DNA of 12,916 nucleotides from NCBI GenBank assembly GCA_037446135.1, contig JBBIJD010000048.1, positions 1 to 12,916 of the forward strand, given 5' to 3'. The translations under genes and the position numbers were made by a program. Source of the DNA: Candidatus Fraserbacteria bacterium. Its GTDB lineage: Bacteria > Bipolaricaulota > Bipolaricaulia > RBG-16-55-9 > JANLFV01. Numbering within the stretch: position 1 is the stretch's first letter; each line of letters opens with the position of its first letter. The notes under the pieces were generated by a model, which saw only the letters and a program-made list of their open reading frames with translations, was not told the DNA's origin and ran no database searches. Shown piece after piece: positions 7,007 to 12,916 of this stretch.

Positions 7007-8311
7007 ATGAGCGAAGCCGCGCGGGAGGCAGCAGTGCTCTCCCAGATCCATGAGGAGGAGCTCGTCGAGCTGACTCGGGCTTTGGTCCGGCTCCCCAGCG
7101 TCGTCCGGGCCGACGGCTCCGGAGACGAGCGAGAAGTAGCCCACTTCGTGGCCGCGAGGATGAGGGAGTTCGGATTCGAGGTGGTCCTAGACGAGGTCCA
7201 TCCGGGCCGGCCGAATGTGCTCGGGATAATCCGCGGTGCCCGTCCTGGGAGGAAGATCCTCTTCGAGGCTCACTCCGATGTGGTCACGGAGGGCGACCCG
7301 AAAGAGTGGCGGTTCCCCCCGTTCGCGGCGAAGGTCGAGGCTGGGCGGATCTACGGCCGCGGGGCCTGTGATACTAAAGGGAATTTGGCCGCGGCGATCC
7401 TGGCCGTCGCGGCCATCAAGCGGGCGGGGGTCGGCTTCCCCGGGGAGATCCGCCTGGCCGTCCCGGTCGATGAGGAGGGGATGATGACCGGGATCAAGCA
7501 TCTGATCAGGCGTGGCTTCGCGGACGATTTGGATGGGGCGATCATCTGCGAGCCGGAGGATAACCAGGTCTGCCTCACCCAGAAGGGGGCCCTCCGAGCC
7601 GTCCTCACCAGCATTGGGAAGATGAGCCACGGCTGCATGCCCTTGACGGGCTTCAATCCCATCCCCCCGCTAGCGAAGCTCCTCCTCCGCTTCCAGGAGC
7701 TGGAGCGACGCGAGATCGCGCGGCTCGGGTTCCACGAATACCTGGGCTTTCCCAGCATCACCCCGACCGTCCTGCGAGCCCCGGTCGCGGGCGAGCCCCA
7801 ACTGAATGTGATGGCCAAGGACTGCCAGGCCTGGCTGGACATCCGGACCGTCCCGGGTCAGGACCATGAGGAGCTGAAGGCCGCTCTGAGCCGGATCGTG
7901 GCCGAGGTGGAAGAGGAGACAAAAGCGGAGATCGAGAGTGGCTTCGAGGGGCAGGTCCGGGCGACCCTCGCGGAGCATGAGAAACTTCCGGAGGGGATCG
8001 GCTACCGGGCAAAGCTGGAGTTCATCGAGGAGCGGCCCTGGACCGAGACCCCGAAGGATGAGCCGCTCGTCCGGGCCGTGGAGACGGCGGTCCGGGCGGT
8101 GACTGGCCGCGAGCCGGTCTACAACGGCGTCCCCGGTGCGACGGATGGGACCTTCCTCTGGGCCTGGAAGGGGGTCCCGATCGTCACCATCGGGGCGGGT
8201 GAGCGGATGGTCCCCCACCAGAAGGACGAATGGGTCTCGATCTCGCAACTAGTGGAGACGACTAAGATCTATGCCCTGAGCGCGCTTGGGTTCCTGAGCG
8301 GAGGGGAATGA
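7007..8311 (+). CDS. M20-family metallo-amidohydrolase (ArgE/DapE-like), substrate unknown
   Basis: Metal and catalytic motifs FEAHSDVV, IYGRGACDTKG, VDEE, ICEP, GKMSHG, GATDG, PHQKDE. SD AAAGGAG upstream. Confidence 0.93.
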   Translation: MSEAAREAAVLSQIHEEELVELTRALVRLPSVVRADGSGDEREVAHFVAARMREFGFEVVLDEVHPGRPNVLGIIRGARPGRKILFEAHSDVVTEGDPKEWRFPPFAAKVEAGRIYGRGACDTKGNLAAAILAVAAIKRAGVGFPGEIRLAVPVDEEGMMTGIKHLIRRGFADDLDGAIICEPEDNQVCLTQKGALRAVLTSIGKMSHGCMPLTGFNPIPPLAKLLLRFQELERREIARLGFHEYLGFPSITPTVLRAPVAGEPQLNVMAKDCQAWLDIRTVPGQDHEELKAALSRIVAEVEEETKAEIESGFEGQVRATLAEHEKLPEGIGYRAKLEFIEERPWTETPKDEPLVRAVETAVRAVTGREPVYNGVPGATDGTFLWAWKGVPIVTIGAGERMVPHQKDEWVSISQLVETTKIYALSALGFLSGGE

Positions 8312-8327
8312 GAGGAAAGGAGCAGCG

Positions 8328-9332
8328 ATGTCCGGCTATGGCGTGATAACCGATGTTCCAGGGGTCGAGGTCGGCCATGCGAGCGACTTCGAGGGGATCA
8401 CCGGCTGCACCGTCATCCTCTTCCGGGAGGGGGCGATCGGGGGCGGTTTAGCTCCAGGGATGGCCGCGGGGACCAGAGGGATGGACATCTTCCGGAGCCT
8501 CCACCTCCGGGATGAGATCCACGCGATCCTGCTCGCCGGTGGGAGCGGGTTCGGGCTCGATGCCACCGGCGGGGTGATGCGTTACCTCGAAGAGCAAGGG
8601 ATCGGCTTCCATGTCGGGATCACCCGAGTCCCCAGGGTCCCAAGCGCGGTCATCTTCGACCTCCCTTTAGGGGACTGCCGCCGGAGGCCCGATGTCGAGA
8701 TGGGCTACCAGGCCTGCCTCAATGCCACAAGCGGTCCGGTCGAGCAGGGGAGCGTGGGCGTGGGGACCGGTGCGACGGTCGGGAAGCTCTACGGCCTGAA
8801 GCGGGCGATGAAGGGTGGAGTGGGGACGGCCAGCATCGAGGGGCCCTATGGCCTTGTCGGGGCCTTGGCCGTGGTCAACGCCTTCGGGGATGTCTTGGAC
8901 TATCATACTCGGGAGATCCTCGCCGGGCTGCGGGATGAGACCGGGACGAGGCTGGTCGGCACGGTCGAGGAGATGAAGAAGGGCCAGGCCCCCCGAGGCT
9001 TCGACTTCGGCTTCCGTGAGGGCCAGAATACCACCCTGGGAGTCGTGGCCTTCGAGGCCGCGCTGATCAAGCCGGAGTTGAATGTCCTAGCTTTAATGGC
9101 CCAACGGGCCCTGGTCAAGACGATCTCCCCGATCCACACCACCTTCGACGGAGATGTGATCTTCACCGCCTCGCTCGGGCGATATAAGGGTGAGGTTGAC
9201 TTGAATGTCCTGGGGATCCTCGCGGAAGAGGTCCTGGCCGAAGCGGTGAACAATGCCGTTAAGACGGCCAAGGGGCTCGGGGGGGTCCCCTCGAGGAGCG
9301 ACTTGCTCAAACTGAAGCAGAAGGAGGCATAG
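8328..9332 (+). CDS. P1-family (DmpA/OAT-fold, peptidase S58) self-processing Ntn hydrolase, Thr-nucleophile type
   Basis: ITDVPGVEVGH, TGCTV, HAILLAGGSGFGLDA, AVIFDL, GSVGVGTGATVG, KGGVG, VVNAFGDV, QNTTLGVV (Asn234|Thr235 at 9027-9032), HTTFDGD. SD AAAGGAG upstream. Confidence 0.92.
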   Translation: MSGYGVITDVPGVEVGHASDFEGITGCTVILFREGAIGGGLAPGMAAGTRGMDIFRSLHLRDEIHAILLAGGSGFGLDATGGVMRYLEEQGIGFHVGITRVPRVPSAVIFDLPLGDCRRRPDVEMGYQACLNATSGPVEQGSVGVGTGATVGKLYGLKRAMKGGVGTASIEGPYGLVGALAVVNAFGDVLDYHTREILAGLRDETGTRLVGTVEEMKKGQAPRGFDFGFREGQNTTLGVVAFEAALIKPELNVLALMAQRALVKTISPIHTTFDGDVIFTASLGRYKGEVDLNVLGILAEEVLAEAVNNAVKTAKGLGGVPSRSDLLKLKQKEA

Positions 9333-9335
9333 TCG

Positions 9336-10184
9336 ATGGCTCAAGCTCAGGAGAAGATCACAGTCCCGGCCCTGCAGAGGATGAAGGAGCAGGGGGAGAA
9401 GATCTCGATGATCACCGCCTACGACTACCCCACGGCACTCCTGGTCGACCGAGCGGGGATCGAGATCATCCTCGTCGGGGATTCGGTCGGGAATGTGGTC
9501 CTCGGCTACGAGAGCACCGTCCCTGTCGAGCTGGAGGACATCATCCATCATGCCCGGCCGGTCATGCGGGCCGTCAAGCGGGCCTTCGTCGTGGGAGATA
9601 TGCCCTTCATGTCCTTCAACATCTCCCCGGAGGAGGCCCTCCGGAATGCCGGGCGGCTGATGAAGGAGGGCTTAGTCGATGGGGTGAAGCTCGAAGGTGG
9701 CTGCGAGATGGCAGATATCGTGGAGAAGATCGTCCGCCACGGCGGGATCCCCGTGATGGGCCATATCGGGCTCACGCCCCAGCGGGCCTCCCAGCTCGGT
9801 GGGTTCAGGGTCCAGGGCAAGGACAAGGAGCGGGCTCGGCAGCTTTTGGAGGACGCCCATTGCCTCGAGGAGGCTGGGATCTTCGCCCTGATCCTCGAGT
9901 GTATCCCCTACCAATTGGCGAAGTTGATCACGGAGCGGATAGCGGTCCCGACGATCGGGATCGGGGCCGGCCCATACTGCGACGGCCAGGTCCTGGTCTT
10001 CCATGACCTCGTCGGCCTCTCCTTCAAGTTCTCCCCGAAGTTCGTCAAGCACTACCTCAACCTTGCGGAGGAGATCGAGCAGGCGCTGCAGACCTACAAG
10101 GCTGAGATCAAGGAGGGGAAGTTCCCCTCGCTCGAGGCGCACAGCTTCACGATGAATGAAGAGGTCCTGAAGGAACTGGGATGA
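9336..10184 (+). CDS. panB: 3-methyl-2-oxobutanoate (ketopantoate) hydroxymethyltransferase
   Basis: KISMITAYDY, LVGDSVG, GDMPF, VKLEGG, VMGHIGLTPQ, TIGIGAG, DGQVLVFHD, PKFVKHY. SD AAGGAGG (9321-9327) lies in the end of the upstream gene. Confidence 0.97.
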   Translation: MAQAQEKITVPALQRMKEQGEKISMITAYDYPTALLVDRAGIEIILVGDSVGNVVLGYESTVPVELEDIIHHARPVMRAVKRAFVVGDMPFMSFNISPEEALRNAGRLMKEGLVDGVKLEGGCEMADIVEKIVRHGGIPVMGHIGLTPQRASQLGGFRVQGKDKERARQLLEDAHCLEEAGIFALILECIPYQLAKLITERIAVPTIGIGAGPYCDGQVLVFHDLVGLSFKFSPKFVKHYLNLAEEIEQALQTYKAEIKEGKFPSLEAHSFTMNEEVLKELG

Positions 10185-11125
10185 AGATCGCGATCATCGG
10201 GGCCGGGGCCTTGGGGAGCCTCTTCGGGGGATTGCTGGCCAAGAGCGGGGAGGAGGTCCATCTCTTCGACCCCATCGCAAAGGAGCATATCTCCAGGATC
10301 AGGGCCGAGGGACTGGTCATCGAGGAGGCGGGGGGCGGGAAGGAAGAGCGGATCAGGGTCAAAGGGACGACCGAGATCGCTGAAGTCGGGAAGGCCGAGC
10401 TGGTGGCCCTCTTCGTCAAGGCCCCCCAGACGGAGAAAGCCCTTCGGGATGCCCTCCCCGCGATCGGCCCCGCTACCTTGGTCTTGAGCCTCCAGAACGG
10501 GCTAGGGCCCGAGGAGATCATGGAAAGCTTTCTCCCCCGGGAGAGGCTCCTCCGGGGGGTGACGGCCCAGGGCTCGACCCTCCTCGGCCCAGGGAGGGTC
10601 CGCCATGCCGGGCGGGGGCCGACTTGGCTCGGCCCCCTCGGGGGAGGCCCCGACGACCGGCTCGAGGAGGTCGTGGCGGCCTTCAACCGCGCGGGGATTG
10701 AGACCCATATCGAGCGGGACATCACGCGACTCCTCTGGAAGAAGCTTTTGGTCAATGCGGGGATCAACGCCCTCACGGCGATCTTCGGAGTCAAGAATGG
10801 CGAGCTGGTCTTGGACCCCGAGCTCAATGAGATCATGCGCGGGGCGCTCGCCGAGGCCGTCGAGGTCGCAAACGCCCATGGGCTGGGGTTCCACTTACCC
10901 GAGGTGGTCGCGGAGGTGGAGGAGGTCTGTCGGCTCACCGCGGAGAACCTCTCCTCGATGCTCCAAGATGTCCGGCGGGGGAGCGAGACGGAGATAGACT
11001 ACATCAACGGCGCGATCGTCCGGGCCGGGGAGGAGTGCGGGGTCCCGACCCCGCTCAACCTTCTGCTGGTCAGGCTGGTCAAAGCCCTTTCCTCCTGCTC
11101 GGAAGGCGCGCGAAGCCTTAAATAA
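10181..11125 (+). CDS. panE: 2-dehydropantoate 2-reductase (ketopantoate reductase, ApbA/PanE)
   Basis: Rossmann motif MKIAIIGAGALG, VK, LSLQNGLG, WKKLLVNAGINALTA, SSMLQD, ETEIDYING. ATGA overlap with the panB stop. Confidence 0.95.
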   Translation: MKIAIIGAGALGSLFGGLLAKSGEEVHLFDPIAKEHISRIRAEGLVIEEAGGGKEERIRVKGTTEIAEVGKAELVALFVKAPQTEKALRDALPAIGPATLVLSLQNGLGPEEIMESFLPRERLLRGVTAQGSTLLGPGRVRHAGRGPTWLGPLGGGPDDRLEEVVAAFNRAGIETHIERDITRLLWKKLLVNAGINALTAIFGVKNGELVLDPELNEIMRGALAEAVEVANAHGLGFHLPEVVAEVEEVCRLTAENLSSMLQDVRRGSETEIDYINGAIVRAGEECGVPTPLNLLLVRLVKALSSCSEGARSLK

Positions 11126-11140
11126 AGGAGGTAAGCTGAG

Positions 11141-11950
11141 TTGAGGCTCTTGGCGATCGATGTGGGGAATACCAATATCTCGACTGGGCTCTTCTCTTCT
11201 AAAGGGGAGCTGGAGGAGGCTTTCAAGGTCCCGAACTCTTCTCCTCCGGGAGAATTCTGGTCCGAGGTGGCGGGCTGGCTCGGCCCGAGGTTCGCGGGGA
11301 TTGAGAGGGTCGGGATCTCCTCGGTGGTGAAGGGGCTGGCCCAGCGCCTCGAAGAGGGGCTTCTGGAGTTCTGCTCCTCCCGCGGCGGGCTGAGCAAGCC
11401 GCCCCGGACCCTGGTGATCACCAGAGAGACAGAGTGGCCGCGCAGGTTGCACCTCCGGTCGGCTTATAAGCCCGGGCTGGGGACCGACCGGATGCTCGCG
11501 GCGATCGCCGCAAGCAGGCTCTATGGCCGACCGATCATCGTGGTCGACATCGGGAGCGCCGTGACCATCGACCTGGTCGATAAGGAGGGGGTCTTCCGCG
11601 GGGGGCTGATCCTCGCCGGGGCGGGGATGCGCCTCCGCGCGCTCGCGCAGTTCACCTCCGCTTTGCCGGAGGTCCCGATCCCCGACCCTGAAGAGCCCCC
11701 GCCGCTGATCGGGACGGATACCGTCGGTTGCATGAGCGCTGGGGTCCATCATGGGCTGCGCCAGGAGATCCAGGGGCTAGTCAGGGCGATCCAGGCCGAG
11801 CTAGAGCTAGGAGAGACCGGCGTAGTCCTCACCGGCGGTGGGAGTCGGCTCTTCCTCAAGGACTGCCCTCCGGGCTGGCGGCTCGACCCCTGGCTGGTCC
11901 TGAAGGGGATCTACTACATGGCCGCGGAGGAGGATAAGAGCCATGCTTGA
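11141..11950 (+). CDS. coaX: Type III pantothenate kinase
   Basis: LLAIDVGNTN, ISSVV, LGTDR, VVDIGSAVTID, GGLILAG, VVLTGGG, DPWLVLKG. TTG start with SD AAGGAGG at about 11125-11131. Confidence 0.93.
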   Translation: MRLLAIDVGNTNISTGLFSSKGELEEAFKVPNSSPPGEFWSEVAGWLGPRFAGIERVGISSVVKGLAQRLEEGLLEFCSSRGGLSKPPRTLVITRETEWPRRLHLRSAYKPGLGTDRMLAAIAASRLYGRPIIVVDIGSAVTIDLVDKEGVFRGGLILAGAGMRLRALAQFTSALPEVPIPDPEEPPPLIGTDTVGCMSAGVHHGLRQEIQGLVRAIQAELELGETGVVLTGGGSRLFLKDCPPGWRLDPWLVLKGIYYMAAEEDKSHA

Positions 11951-12916
11951 AACTAGAGCCGAAGAGCTGGTGCGGTTGATCACCGCCCATACCTATGGGA
12001 CCTGGCGGGCCCAGCGGGGCTGGCAGGAGAAGGGGCCGCTCTTCATCGCCAAGGCCGAGGGAGTCCGGTTCTATGACGCTCAAGGCAAGGCCTACCTCGA
12101 CTTCTCCTCCCAATTGATGTGCTCCAACTTAGGCCATGGGAATAAGGCGATCATCGCGGCGATCAAGGAGCAGGCCGAGCGACTCCCCTACCTCTTCCCC
12201 GGCTTCGCCTGTGAGGCCCAGGCGAGGGCGGTCGAGAGCCTCCTCGAGGTCATGCCCCAGGGGCTCGATCAATTCTTCTTCTCCACCTCTGGGACCGAGG
12301 CTAACGAGGCGGCGATCAAGATCGTCCGCCAGTATATGGCCCCGAAATACAAGATCATCTCCCGCTATCGCTCCTACCACGGCTCGACCGCGGGGAGCAT
12401 CGCCCTCACCGGCGACTTCAGGAGGTGGTTCGCCGAGCCGACGACCAAGGCCCCCGGGGTCATCTTCGCCCCGGACCCTTACTGCTACCGCTGCCCCTTC
12501 GGGCTGGAGTATCCCGGCTGCCGGCTCCAATGCGCCGAATACATCGACTACATGATTGAGGAGGAGGGGAATGTCGCGGCAGTCTTCATCGAACCAGTGG
12601 TCGGCACGAACGGCGTGATCGTCCCCCCGAAGGGTTACCTCTCCCGCTTGAGGGAGATCTGCGACGAGAACGGTGTCCTCCTCGTGGCCGATGAGGTGAT
12701 GAGCGGCTGGTTCCGGACCGGGGAGTGGTTCGCCCTCAACCATTGGGGCATCAAGCCCGATATCTTAACTACGGCCAAGGGGTGCACCGGGGCCTATGCC
12801 CCGGTCGGGATCACCGTGACCGAGAGGGAGATCCGGGCCCACTTCGCGGATCGGCTCTTCCCCCACGGCCATACCTACACGATGCACCCTTTGGCGGTCG
12901 CGGCCATCCCCGCCGC
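11943..12916 (+). CDS. Class III PLP-dependent aminotransferase (omega-amino acid; beta-alanine/taurine/GABA type); 3'-truncated, absent from the ORF track
   Basis: Manual translation from ATG 11943 (SD GGAGG upstream, 8-nt overlap with coaX): MLETRAEELVRLITAHTYGTW...AEGVRFYDAQGKAYLDFSSQLMCSNLGHG...FSTSGTEANEAAIK...SYHGST...FIEPVVGTNG...LLVADEVMSGWFRTG...PDILTTAKG (PLP Lys at 12777-12779)...HGHTY. The frame is open to the window end. Confidence 0.94.
   Translation, partial: MLETRAEELVRLITAHTYGTWRAQRGWQEKGPLFIAKAEGVRFYDAQGKAYLDFSSQLMCSNLGHGNKAIIAAIKEQAERLPYLFPGFACEAQARAVESLLEVMPQGLDQFFFSTSGTEANEAAIKIVRQYMAPKYKIISRYRSYHGSTAGSIALTGDFRRWFAEPTTKAPGVIFAPDPYCYRCPFGLEYPGCRLQCAEYIDYMIEEEGNVAAVFIEPVVGTNGVIVPPKGYLSRLREICDENGVLLVADEVMSGWFRTGEWFALNHWGIKPDILTTAKGCTGAYAPVGITVTEREIRAHFADRLFPHGHTYTMHPLAVAAIPA

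Noticed and set aside
7007..8311. Assigning argE or dapE to the M20 gene
   Set aside because: The motifs identify only the family, and there is no arginine or lysine biosynthesis context.
11141..11950. coaX as a pseudogene or as an archaeal-type pantoate kinase
   Set aside because: The frame is intact with DxGNT, GxDR and DxG(S/T)A motifs. Archaeal pantoate kinase is a GHMP-fold protein, which this is not. The small deviations (GSA, LAG for PG) are not enough to claim a changed function.
445..12743. Numerous minus-strand and alternative-frame ORFs, some long (739-1443, 4056-5009, 10147-10938, 10895-11752, 12129-12743)
   Set aside because: All overlap well-supported + strand genes, have no recognisable motifs, and are the expected shadow ORFs of GC-rich codon usage.
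1..12916. CRISPR arrays, tRNA/rRNA, IS elements, defence or phage genes
   Set aside because: No spaced repeats, RNA-gene signatures, transposase or integrase motifs were seen, and nearly all of the sequence is accounted for by the listed CDSs.

Overview
GC-rich bacterial DNA with every credible gene on the + strand. It starts inside a 5'-truncated M1-family zinc metallopeptidase (HELAH...E, YDKG) that has a ~310-aa C-terminal extension resembling a degenerate Omp85/BamA-type beta-barrel. A near-consensus sigma70 promoter (TTGACG-17-TATAAT, 2714-2742) then precedes a tightly packed, probably single operon: FadR/GntR regulator, family-5 ABC substrate-binding protein, two permeases (no ATPase gene), M20 amidohydrolase, DmpA/P1 (Ntn) hydrolase with an N|TT autoprocessing site, panB, panE, coaX (type III pantothenate kinase), and a 3'-truncated class III aminotransferase that the ORF track misses. 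panC and panD are not in the window. The main hypothesis (inference) is that this is a regulated pantetheine/pantothenate/beta-alanine import, salvage and possibly catabolic system rather than an ordinary pan biosynthesis operon. Sequence style is reminiscent of Ca. Bipolaricaulota (Acetothermia), but that is an impression I cannot verify. I saw no RNA genes, CRISPR arrays or mobile elements.
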